Shown here in pieces: positions 51,076 through 64,000 of a stretch of DNA of 64,000 bases; the stretch's first letter is position 1; every line of letters begins with the position of its first letter. The notes under the pieces are model-generated. The model was given only the letters and a program-made list of their open reading frames with translations. It did not search any database and was not told the DNA's origin. This DNA is from Octopus sinensis (Eukaryota), in NCBI RefSeq assembly GCF_006345805.1, contig NC_042999.1, forward strand, positions 172,484,001-172,548,000. Reading direction: 5' to 3'. Both the position numbers and the translations under genes were made by a program.

Positions 51076-53200
51076 GTATGAGAAGGCATCAAGAAGAAGG
51101 CATCAATCTTATGTGTTGTTTTAGAGTACTTCTTTTAGCATCATATGTTTGGAATGTCACCTCCCCCGAGCTGTAATTTTTATCCCATACCGACGTCCAT
51201 TTTGGTGTTCCAGATCGACCTGAGATACATTTTCAGGTTGTTGTAGTGACATCGTTTTATACTACTGTTTGTATGATTGGTTTCCATTTGGGTGGATTAT
51301 GAAATGTTGGGTTCGACATTTCGACCAGACCTCCAAAGTAGGATTTTAGCATTTTCTGATTTTTGAGATTTAATTATTTCCACTCACCGAATAGCGTTTG
51401 TGAATCCGGTGAATATTTGAATATTTGGTACACAAAACATACAAAATTAAGCACAAACAAACCAAATATATTTGCAAAACCGAAATGTAGGACCTCTTTC
51501 GTTCACAAACCTCAGAACATTCTACTCTAACAGATACCCGTCTGACACAGGTCTTATTCTACCTAAGAATCTTCCACCTTAATTGCACGACAAATCAGCA
51601 TCGTATTTATGAATAATACATTCCTAATAGGCCCTAAATAAGCAGTATAGAACACACAACACATAATCAACTGAATCATCACCAAACAATAAAACATTAT
51701 ATATACGTTGCACACTCAAAATATGATAACATTTCATAATATATAATTTCAAAAGAATATGCGAGTCAGTTTCCTTTGAAGTAAATACAAATTGTAGGAA
51801 CATTATATGTGTCTCCTAAACAGACAATAAATTTCGTTAATATATGGGATATTGGTGTTCATATATTTATGCATAAAAGCATAAATATATATCCCTTGAT
51901 ATGAGCTCCAATAGATCTCATAATATACCACTGAAATAATTCAAATACTATCCCACAATTGTATCGCATATGTCACTGCAGTGTGAGAGACAGTTTTAAT
52001 GTTTTACCGTCTCGACCTGATAACACTGAATATACAAATTAATAAACAACTCAAACCAAAGAAATGATCTTGTCAATTGATACACTAATACTGTCATCTT
52101 CTATTCGCATTTCTAAGATAACTTCCTACTGTAAGAATATGAACACTTCCACTAAATAGTGTGCATCTATATACTGCTGAAATAATCCAAGTTATTCTCG
52201 CATTAATTTTTTCCCTTAGGGTCATAATGAACTGATCGTTAACATTACAATATATAGTCAGTATAACACTATATAATCAGTTTTATATAATCAACGTAAT
52301 ATTAGCTATGCCCAGATATACATTTTCTAGCAAGTTAACAGATTTTTTGCCACATGTGTCGTCGAAACAGCTGTTAACACAAATAAATGTTATATCAAAA
52401 TCCCCGGTCTTTAGCCTCTTATGTAATACAGCGTGACTGAAGGAAACGTCCTGGATTTTATCTTGTGTTCGATTGACCAGAGTTTCGAATAAGACCACTA
52501 CCAAGAATCACGGATTGCTTTTCATTTGCTACATTGTATATGTGTATGTGTATACATACATACATATATACATACATGCAAACAAACATACATACATAAA
52601 TATATACAACATACATATATACACACACGCACACATATATCAAGTATAGGGATTTCAGAGAAAGAGAGGAGTGATCGAGAGAGAAGGAGCGAAAGAGAGA
52701 GGGGAGTGAAAGAGAGAGAGAGAGAACGAAAGAGAGAGAGAGAGAGAACGAAAGAGAGAGGGGGAACGAATTAGAGATACATGTATATGAATATATGTGT
52801 GATATTCATACATATATGTATGCGTGTCAGAGCATTATATTTTATGCTTACATTTAAATTTTGAATATAGAATATACCTTATTTTGAATATATAGAATAT
52901 ACCTCCTGAGAATCAAATTTCTATGAAATGCATTAATATTAAATAAAATCGTATAAAATACTACTTATGATATGGCAACATTTCACTTAAAACAATTGAG
53001 TTTAAACGAAATTAATTCTAACTTATAATGCTAAAAGTTCTTTGCATTATAATTTAGTGGTTAAAATCTAGAAAGGATTTATATTATAAGCCAGCACTAA
53101 TATGAGTCTCTGTATATGAAAAATAGTTAACGATTTAGGAAATAAGAAGAAAATACAGTAGAGTTTTGAACTGCTTGTCGTGATCTATAGATTGCAATTA

Positions 53201-54222
53201 ATATAGGCTTCAAATTTTGGATCAGGGCCAGCAGTTTCAGAAGGGAAGGGAATACCAGTTAGATTGACTCAAGTAATTGACTGATACCTCTTTTATTAAC
53301 CGCTAAATGATGAAAAACAAGGTCGACCACGGTGAAATTTGAACTAAGAATGTAAAGACGGACGTAAGCCAAGCATTTTACTTGGCTTGCTAACAGTTCT
53401 GTCAGCTCACCGCCTTACAAAATTTACAATTAATGATGTTTTCAATTTTTGATACAAGGCCAGCAATTTCCAGGAAATAGGTAAGGCGATTACATCGAAC
53501 CCACTGGTCAACTGCTATTTATTTTATGGATCCCGAGGGATGAAATGTAAAATTGACTCAGAACGTAAAATCGGAAAAAATGTCACTGAACTTTCTTCGC
53601 GCTGCAGTAACAATTTTGCCCGATCGACGTCCGAAGCTTACAATTAATATTAATTTCAAATTTTGATTCTGAGTCAGCAAGTTCAAGGGAGGCGTAAGTC
53701 GATTACATCGACTTCCGTGCACGACTGGTACTTATTTTATCAATGCGGAATTTGAACTCAGAACGTCGGACAAAATGTCGCTAAGCATTTCGACCGGCGT
53801 GCTAACGATTCTGCCAGCTCACTGCCTAAAGCTTACAAGTAATAATTCTTTCTGTTATAGGCACAAGGACTGAAAATTTTGCGGAGAGGGGTAAATCGAT
53901 CAAATCGATCCCAGAGCTCAACAGGTACTTATTTAATCGACCTCCAAAGGATAAAAGGCAAAGTCGACCACGGCTAATTTTGAACTCCGAACGTAATGAC
54001 CTTTCACCCAGCGTGCCAACGATTCTGTCAGTTCGCAGCATTAAGCTCACTATTGATAATCCGTTCTACAATAGGCACACGGCCTGAAATTGAGATGTAA
54101 AGGAATAATCGATTACATCGACCACAATATGTAACTGGTACTTACGTTATCGACCCCAAAATGATGAAAGGCACATTTTGCCCGGCGTGCTAACAATTCT
54201 GCCAGCTCGCCGCCTTAAGCTC
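53201..54222 (-). repeat. Tandem array of five diverged SINE family A-related units (about 175-225 bp each)
   Basis: Recurrent blocks caaggc, gattacatcga, ggtacttatt, gaactcagaacgt, gctaacgattctgccagctc. Units end near 53417, 53641, 53835, 54048 and 54222. Confidence 0.85.
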
Positions 54223-54509
54223 AAATGAAAATAATTATATCTACCCTAAGAAAATAAGATAGAAAACCTGTTTTGAAATTAAAATGTTTGTGATTGCTCT
54301 TGTATTTCTATGATCGTGTGTTCTGATTTACCAGTTCAGAAAAAAGAGATACACTATGAAAGATGTAGATCTTATTTATTCGAAACTGGTTTATCCCTGC
54401 TTCATTTTATTAAGTTCCTCTTATTTTTACTTTTAATATTTGTATACGTATACTTTAATAGCTAGATATACAAATGCATATGTTTAAGAATATATACAGT
54501 TGAAATTTA

Positions 54510-54660
54510 AAGAAGACGAATACAGGTGTATAAACAACAAGTAGGTTTTTTATACCTGCTCCGGAAGGGGAGAAAGAATTTTACGTTTCGAGCCTACGCT
54601 CTTCAACAGAAAGGAACACGAGGAAATAAACACACAGAGAATAAAGGAAAGAAACTTGTA
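54510..54660 (-). mobile_element. Penelope-like terminus fragment with hammerhead-like motif (54579-54614)
   Basis: Minus strand: ccttt-CTGTTGA-a-gagc gtag gctc-GAAA-cg-TA-aaa. Same family as 25325-25487. Confidence 0.5.
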
Positions 54661-54739
54661 CATTTAGTGGTTAATATATATATGTGTGTGTGTGTGTGTG
54701 TATAATAGTTGAGAAATAATACCATTTGTTCATTTCCTT

Positions 54740-55230
54740 TCCAAGAAGATGATTATTACTGCAGCTGTAACTGATGATGAAGACAATCATCAACAGCATC
54801 ACAAGCATCACCATGACGATGTTGCAGAGGTGGTTCAAAGAATTACGATTACAATTATGATTACTATCTTTATAATAATGCAGTAAATGCTTGTTAGATT
54901 TTCTCCAAGTTTTTCCAATACTTGCTATTGTTGTGGTCACTTTTGCTTTTGGTATTTCGTTCTTATCAATCTCCACTTCTACCACACCTCCATTTTCCTC
55001 CCCTTTTAATTCCCGCCTATTTGCTGCTTGTTTTACACTCCATCAACATCACCATCCTCCTCCTCTTCTCCCTCCCCACTTCTTCCTCCTCATCATCATT
55101 TTCTACATCATCCTCATCACAATCATCATCTCCTTCACCATCATTATCTTTGTCGCAATCATCCTCACCACAATAATCATCATCAGCATCCTTTACTCTA
55201 TCATCATAACAATCTTCTAAATCATTTACC
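54740..55230. repeat. Degenerate CAT/CCT low-complexity region
   Basis: Direct reading; explains the His/Ser/Ile-rich ORFs. Confidence 0.8.
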
Positions 55231-58200
55231 CTTGAGTATACATCTTCACACAGATTATCCTCGTTCTACAGTTTTCCTGCATCTTCAAAGGCATTTGCAA
55301 GTTTTGCTTGACAGGACAAGAGTGAGTGATGGGAGTGTCTTGGGATATTTCTAAGCTGCCACCTACGTCTGATATACACTTCTGCTCTACTTTTAATCTA
55401 TCTAATAGGATTACTAATGACTTTTAGCAGAGAAACAAAGTGAAGGATGAAATGTTGTTTAATGGTTGTTATCATTGTTGTTTTTTCATGTTATTGTTAC
55501 TTCTGCTGCTGTTGCTGTTCACTTTTTTTTTCAGAATAAGTCATGATTTACCTCGTTCCGTAAATTCATAGAATATTTCTCGATAGTTGGTCCTCATATT
55601 GATTTTCTGACGTTTTGTTTTTAGTTTACTTGCAAATTCAAACATGATAGCAAGAATAAAGAACCGGTTCTCTTGTCTCTCTCTAGTCCGCTGTGTCACT
55701 ATATCCAACAAGAAAATGTATCCATTGAAAATATATAAGAATATGGTGGGGAATTTGACTGCTGGCCAAGTACACAGCAACGAAGGAAAGATTTCATTTG
55801 GATGGTTCCCCCTTAGCTAACGGCTGTTCTTTGTGTTCAAGACGCCTATCTAAGAAAGGGAGGTTTTAATACTAAAAACAAACATACGCAGCCACAAAAA
55901 TATAACAACGGCGACATCGACCTCATCCAAAAACTGTAACAGAAACCCCTATATACAAAACCACCACTACTTCCAGCCTGCCACAACCACCACCACTTCC
56001 ACCACCACCACCACCACCCCGCCACCAGCGTATAGGAAAATGCAATATCAATCAACGTTAACACAACTAAGCCTATTTCGTGTGTAGCAGTCGGATAATC
56101 ACCGGAGCCAAACGAGAGATTTTAATGAGGCAGCAAGTGGCAGGAGTAATTTATAATCAGAGAGGGTGTAATATTTAGAGGTATCAATGGGTTTGTACAC
56201 AAGGAAAACAAGGTGATCAACATTGTCGTATCGCTTCCGTGTTAAATTTACGGAAAATGCACAGTAATATACTGATTCATAAGTGTGAAAAGTCGTAGGG
56301 TAGAATGGTAGAATACAAGTGTAGAAGTGGGGTAGAATGCAACTGCTGAAGCACCTAGCAATAAAATGGGTTTGTTACACGTAGCAGGCTTGATGTGATG
56401 GATGTGAGATTCCTATTTAAGAGTCTTTCTACCACGAGCCTCAGTATATCCTTAACATGTTTTACATGGGTAGCCAATTTAAGGAACTTACATTTATCCC
56501 ATCCGATATGGTCTCCCAAGATGTGATAATGGATATACCATCAGAGAAAAATATCTGGTCGCTGGTTTTAGCGACCTAATGTCTGCGTATATTAAGAACA
56601 TCTTTCCAGAGGAAAAGAAAGCGTGCTAAAAGAAATGTTCGTAAAAGAACACATGATCCAAGCATATTATGAGATGCTTTAAGGTACCCTCAACTGTTTG
56701 TATTTATAACCATCAATCGACATCTCAACCGTCATCTGCCTTGCTACAATAACAGCAAGAAGTAGCAGAACAGACAAAGCGTACAAATACCAACAGCAAT
56801 AGAATAACAGACAAACAAAAGTTCCTTTTTAATTACAGCGTATCTAATTGATGTGTTTTATATAATTATCCGTTTATTGTCTGATTAATTTATATCCAAT
56901 TTAGGAGGAATTGAAATCAACATAGCAAACACAGCACGAAGTGTTTCTTTATCACCGTGCTACTCAAGATCAGTCTTACCTCATTCACTGCATTCCGAAT
57001 CCAATCAATTTTAATTGATTAAATTTTCGGATTTTGTGCTACTGTTTCTCACCTTTTCACTAAATTAAATGAGATACTTTTAGTACATTGTATATTTATT
57101 TACTTTTAATTAATTAAAAAGTTTGCATTCATCTGACACAGCAATTTCAAACCAGAAATAGAAATTTTGAAAATGATTATTATCATTAAGTGTGTCATTC
57201 TAGTAAATTAAAATTTATGTTTATTTATTATTTACTCACAAAAAGCTACAGAGAATTATTGTTCGTTCAGATTTATGCAGGTAGAAAAAAACGAAAAGTT
57301 ATAAAATACTAAATGAGAATCATTTGAATTCTCTTGTCGGCAATTTCGAGGTTATTATTTGTTAACTTTTCATCAAATTATCTGGAAAAATTTTAATGTA
57401 TTCCAGAATTCATTTTTATTTGTAAAATTTCAGGGTTGTCTTTTCATGCCATTTTCAAGAATTAATCAGTTAATATTATTCTCATTTCTAAGGGTGCAAT
57501 TTTTATTTACAGAGCTTAGCTTACTGAATATGGTGTTCTATAGCTAACTTTTTTTATTTGTCCCAGTTGCATGTAATCGTGTCTCTAATGCGACATAGAA
57601 CAACAAATTTAGCCAAGCTACTAAATATTAGGCCAATTCGTCCGCTGCGAGCTAAATATGTTGCCGGTAGCCCTGACCCAGTGTGAATGTAGAGATAACG
57701 AAACTCGACCTATGACAGTTTTGCACCTCATAAACTAATGATTCTGAGGCCATAGGTTTACAATACTAAACACAAAATCAACATAAAATAACGCGATACG
57801 AATCAAAACAGAAGCCAACGAGGTGTGTATTAAACCATGATTAAAAATACAAACGGTATCTTTAGCATTGAGCTCAATCTTGAAATAAATGCTTAAGTAT
57901 TCAGATACAACTGTCAGAATAAAAAGAATATCCTACTCAGAGAACTATCACATGTAAAATACATTTGATAAAGCTTATGATTTATCAGAACTATCCTCGA
58001 ACTATAATTACATGCAGATATACATGCATAGCTAAATTCTGGCCACATCGGAAACTCTCAATCAAAATAAGCCAAAATTGATTTTATAAGCGTGTAATTT
58101 TGTGTGTATGTGCGTATAAATGTCCACTCCCGCACGCACGAACACACGCACACACACATACACACACATATATTTTAATAAACGATATTTTTCATTTCAA

Positions 58201-59558
58201 GTTGAGACATGATTTAAGTATTTATTGATATCTCAGTAAGTAAATGTTCTTCAAAACCTGTATCTCATGCTATTCATTCTTGAGATCCACTTATGCATGT
58301 GCAGAATGGGTAACCCTTAAATAATAAACATACAATCTTTACATAAGCCACATACAAAAGCAAGATGCAGCGAGCTAGCATGTGTGCATCTACACGGGGA
58401 TTCTAACACAGGTTATATTGTTTTTATAAACGTGTTAAGTTGTATTTTCGTGATAAGAAATGTGATATGTCAGGGTTCATTTGTAGTTTCACAGCAGTAA
58501 TGACAGCACTCTGGACTCGTGTACATTTATGATGGTGTTGTTAAAAAACAACAGTCAGGTCCGCCACTCACTCACCAAATCATTAGAAGTCAAACACTAT
58601 ATAGATTTAATTATTCTTTTAGAATTAGAAATAGAATTACTTTAACATTTGTTTAGTCACTCATGTAAAGTATAACTCACTCTAACATAGGGATTGTTTT
58701 GTTTGTTTTTTATTTCACTAACGAAGTTTGTTAAACAAATATGGTAAAGAAATTTGAAAACCCGATAACTTGCATACTGTTTCAAGTTAAAAAGTTAAAA
58801 CATTTTTAGCCACTTGCATATATATCATCTCAACTACAATTTTTCTTTTCCTAATTAGGCTAGATATATCAAAGCAGTTTCCCTGCAGATATATAAAAGC
58901 GATTGTGAATAGAACCGAAATAGGATCACCTTAATTAAATATCATCTGTCGTAATATGCAGGTTCGTTTTGGTGCTGAGCATAAAAGATAATCTAGCTAC
59001 ATCTTTTCAATAAACTGATGCTGCTATAGAAAATTAGGAGCACATAATCCATCCTTGATAAGTATCTGAAACTAATGCAATTAGCCAACATGTTAGATTA
59101 CGTAGCAACCCGAATACTTAAGTTGCTCTTTGCCGAATACCATATACATTTTAATATATAACAGTAGACAAATATATAATATACATAAAGGTTCATGCTT
59201 ATTTTATGCAGAGCACAGGTATTTGTATAGTAAATTTGCCCAGTAAATTTGCCCTATCAAAGAACTTACACGGAAAGTTTTCAGTGAAAACTATATTTTA
59301 CTAATGATTTATGGAACATTACATGACTGATTACGATTTACAAAAGCAAACTTACTGTAGAACAAATCATATAAAAACCATTTCAAATTAGAAATTAGCA
59401 GGATACATTGCCAGTTCTTAATATGAAGCAACATATTACTTAAGGGCATTGTATAATATATCTTCATATGATTATATGCATGCAGGTACGTGTCTGTTCG
59501 TGAGTATGTATATACATTCCTGTGTGTGTGTATGTATATATATGTATGTATATATATG

Positions 59559-59592
<34 letters not shown>

Positions 59593-59628
59593 TACACCTG
59601 TGTGTGAATGTATATATATGTATATATG

Positions 59629-59661
<33 letters not shown>

Positions 59662-59805
59662 TTATATATATGTGTATATATTTGTATATATAGGTATGTA
59701 TATATATGTGTATATGTATATATATGTATGTGTATATATATATATATACATAGATATTTCGTTCTCCCCAGACACAACAGAATATAGATAGATAGATAGA
59801 TAGAC

Positions 59806-59912
<107 letters not shown>

Positions 59913-62900
59913 AATGCAAGTCTTGTTAAATATATTCTTGACAAGAAGTACAGGTAAGACATAATATAAACTGATTACTTTATAAGTGAAGAAATAAAAT
60001 ACGCATTAAGATATGAGATTTTTAATTACACTTCAACATATAATGCTAATGGCTTGCAAGTTGCACATTTTTAATGTTACCTTTGAGGCATTAATATCAA
60101 TCATCTGGCATGCTTGTTCGCTAAAATAGAATCCTGAAAGAAAAGCAAATTAAAAGCTGATTGCTCGTTGGTAGAACTAGATCATAGTAACTTTTAATAT
60201 TAAACTAATTTACTTTTCCCATTTGGAAATAAATCCGCTGGTCTCTCAAATAAGATAAATGGCTGCCTAATTTATCGACTTGCATTTGGAGGACGAGAAA
60301 CTACGTTTGAGCACCAATCTTCATTTAATCGCATTAATATGTCATTTGTATTTTTCTAGCAGTAAGCCACCTTATTACTAGAAAACTGCCTTGTACATTG
60401 ATTGATGTAACTTGGTCTTCTCGGTAAAATCAAGACGCTGTTTTCTCACCAAGAGTTAGAATTGAATCTTTTCAGAATGATATCATTAATCCATTTCCAG
60501 TGATCGTTTTATAACAGGATTCATAGAACGATAGCAATCACTATGTAAAATATTATCGCTCACTATTTTTCTTTTTTCTTTTCTTTTTTCATTTCACATG
60601 GTGGGTTGTCGCTTTCACACGCAGCATCAGCAAGTCTGTATACGAAATTAACTAAAGCTAATCAAACATCTTCATAATTACTTGGATTATTTAATCAGCT
60701 AGAAAACTTGTAACCTTTGAATTATATGCATGTCTGCCTTTCATATCAGCGATAAGTATTTGAATTGCGGTTTAGTGTAGCTGGTTATGGATTGCAGCGA
60801 TGTTTGAAAGGGTTGTTGATCAAATTTCAATATCCAGAGATAAAAGATTCTAGCTAAACTGCATTTCAATCTCAAATAATAAATATAAACATATGTGAAT
60901 AATAAAACTGTCCTAATCATTAGTTTTATATGCATGGTTCCATAACTTGATTCTTCCCACACCTACAAGGGAATTCGTCGACGCACCATTTCTTGTATAA
61001 CTCACGTAAACGTTAGAGTTATTACTGCAAGGATAAAAGACCAGGAGGAATTGCAAAGACAAGCTACAGAATATTGTAAGAGCTTAGACTGAAATGAAAT
61101 GCAAAGGAAGCAAATAATTTCAATATATGTTAAGTTTTAATGAAAACGACTGGCAACTAAGATCGATCGTAGAATTTCATATTTTTCTGATTTCCCTGAC
61201 TGCCGGTAGTAAGTATCAATTTACAGCTGTATAATCTGGCAACAGATGCTAGTAAATGGTCGGTCCATTCACTCGGGGCATGCTTACCTCTTCTATACTT
61301 CCAGATATTTACTGGAATGAAGCATATTCATCCCAGCCCCAACATTTCAAAATAAAAAAAATGGATCTTGTAAAAGTTGGCCAAAGAGAAATATGCTTGC
61401 TTGTTATTCTTTTGGTTGTGTCCACTACGTAATAACAGAGAATTACTGTGTGCCCTTCTCTTCTAAAGGAAGGTAAAGCGTGGAGCAAGCATTAGCAATC
61501 ATTAATACAGAAGAGAACTAGTCTCATGCAAATAAATGTAGTTAAGCAGCTGCTTGTAACCGTCTTCAAACATCGTCGTTAGTTTGGTGACATGTGATCT
61601 CATTTATTTTTTTTTTTTTTGCAAAAGCTTTGCCCACGCTACTCTACTTACTTTTCTTACATCAGGTTCATAACATTTTACTAGGGACAAATAATTCAGA
61701 CGTGTTATGTAACCGTCTCTGATGAAATTAATAATAATGACAATGCTTATAAACGAAAGTCGTGATTATCTACAATATATTCACTAAAACCATGGAGGCT
61801 TATAAATTTCCTGGTTTGCAGAAGGAAAAAATATATAATAAAAGTTTGATAGAATCTTGCAAGCTCTTGTTGAGAATGTAACTAATGTTCGTGAACTTTT
61901 CACTGAATTACGCGAGATATTTTAACTGCAGAAGGACACGATTTAAATTCAGTACCTACTAATCAGTGAACATAAAATCGATCAGGAACATCAAAAATTA
62001 GCTTTCATCCTATTCTGTTCCGGCATGATGAAAGCGAATAATCGCCTCTCCAATCCAAGTTTCCGAAAAACATTACGATGCTATGCGCATTGATTCTAAC
62101 CATAGTAAATCTTATATAAAACAAAGGAAATTTATTATTGACTATGTGTACGAAACGTTGGTATCATGGCAAATTAAGTACATGATTCAGGTTTCTGCTT
62201 ATGGCAGATGATTTCATTGCGTTTCTAGGGCGCTTATGCCTAATAAAGTGCAAACATAAATATCGAATATCTCTCTTGCTCCTTCTAGTAGTGCAGTTTC
62301 TATTGTTAGTGCAACAAGAAATTAATATAAATAACAAAGAAAGAAGCATAATGAGACAGAGGATGAGGAATATGCAGTGGAATCGCTTGATGAGGAATAA
62401 GTATTCGGTTCGAAGAACCATTTATTATATGCAGAAAGCAAAATCAATGAGGCGTGTGCCTGAAGCTAGAGAAAATGTGGATATGTGTGTGTGTATATGC
62501 CTGTATGAACATGTATTTATCTTTGTATGTATGCGCATATGGTTGCAGAAATTTATTTGTCTGTAAAGTTATATACATACACAAAGACACACACACAAAC
62601 ACACACACATATATACATGTGTGTGTGTTTGTGCATGTGTCTGATAGAGATAGAGAGCGTGTGTGTATCTGTAGGAGAGAAATATTTAATCTATGCAAGA
62701 TTAATTGGTAGAAATTGTGATATAAAATATAAGACCAAATACTGACGCCAACTCGTGAATATACAAAGGTCATAATGATAATTTGTATTCTGGCTGCGGG
62801 GAAATTTAGAGACAGAATGTATGTACATACAGACTTGGCTGATAGACTTACCAGTAATAAGTATGGCTTTCAGCTTAAAAACACAAAAATATTTGTGTAT

Positions 62901-62923
62901 GTATATATATATATATATATATA

Positions 62924-62998
<75 letters not shown>

Positions 62999-63000
62999 TT

Positions 63001-64000
63001 TATAAAATGCTTGATAAAAATATAAATCATCTCATTTACATGGGTGATATAAAGCTCTCAGCAAAAAATTACCAGCAACTAGATGGCTTTATAGCGATTG
63101 TTAAACAATTCAATGATGACATCAGGATGCAATTTGGCCACGATAAATATGCAAAAGCTCCCTTTATCAAAAGAAAAATGACAGAAACATCCACTATTAA
63201 TCTTGACAAGCAGAATCTCCTACAGGAATTAGAACCAGCGGAGAGCTACAAGCATATTTGAAGGTCACGGAATCAGGCATTCAGTGATGCGAGAAAGGAT
63301 CAGTAGAGAATGTCATCGCAGGGTAAGAGCGATACTCAAGACAGAGCTGAATGCAAGAAACAGAATCGAAGCGAACGACACTTTAGCCATACCAGTCGTG
63401 ATTTACAGTTTCAATACCATTAACTTGTCAATTACTGAAGTATGTAATCTTGACAGGAAAATACGAAAATTGTTGACAATGTATAGAGTTCATCACCCTA
63501 AGACAAATATAGAACTATTTTACCTGCCAAAAAAAGAGGGTGGCCATGGACTTTACAAATGGAATTAACAATGAAGATTGCCTCAATTGGCCTAGACACC
63601 TATCTGAAAATCTCTGATGACTGAATGTTAAAACTTGTCGCAAACAAGAAAACAAGAAAGCATCATACTCAGTGACAAAACAGACAAAGCAATATCTAAA
63701 TGAATTACAAATACAACAAACTCCAAAATTAGAGGTACTAGAAACAAGCACTGAAAAAGCTTAGCGTATAAAAACCCGTGCTAAATTTGCTGCTTTAGAT
63801 AATCTTACTGATTAAAGACAAGAAAAAAAAAACTCTTAATGGCAAATATCCAAAGAGAGCTAGTAGTGCCGATTTTGACAAAGCCCTTACCCATCAATGG
63901 TTAGTGTCTTCTGACTTAAACTCAGAAACAGAAGGTTTTACCATAGCAGGCCAAGATAAATTCCCACCTACAAGAAACTACCAGGCCAACATATTAAAGA
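63001..64000 (+). mobile_element. R4/Dong-like RLE LINE RT region, decayed, runs off the window
   Basis: INHLIYMGDIKLSAKN (YMDD motif mutated); RRVRAILKTELNARNRI...LAIPVVIYSF...LDRKIRKLLTM...LFYLPKKEGGHGL; SETEGFTIAGQD. Stops and frameshifts. Confidence 0.9.

Noticed and set aside
53201-54222. CRISPR-like or satellite interpretation of the array
   Set aside because: Units are whole diverged SINE copies with no identical repeat/unique spacer pattern; eukaryotic context.

Overview
AT-rich, microsatellite-dense eukaryotic DNA, most likely non-coding sequence from an octopus. That assignment is an inference from recalled SINE and LINE families and needs a BLAST/Dfam check. No host protein-coding gene can be supported. 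Nearly all ORF-track entries are translated microsatellites, and the only protein-like peptides are decayed transposon fragments: RTE, CR1/L2-like, R4/Dong-like RLE LINEs, a Tc1 DD34E transposase and a mariner C-terminus. Other mobile elements include several tRNA-derived SINE families, a 387-bp MITE with an 8-bp TSD and a five-unit tandem SINE array. The most interesting signal is a set of short fold-back elements in microsatellite tracts (817-963, 7336-7513, 37915-38061). Their arms read as minimal type I hammerhead ribozymes (stem I-CUGANGA-stem II-GAAA-short stem III-UA-stem I), one on each strand, and some have variant cores. Related single hammerhead-like motifs lie at 25408-25445 and 54579-54614. 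These resemble Penelope-like element termini without a nearby ORF. Ribozyme activity is untested. Most boundaries were read by eye and are approximate unless a TSD or TIR fixes them.
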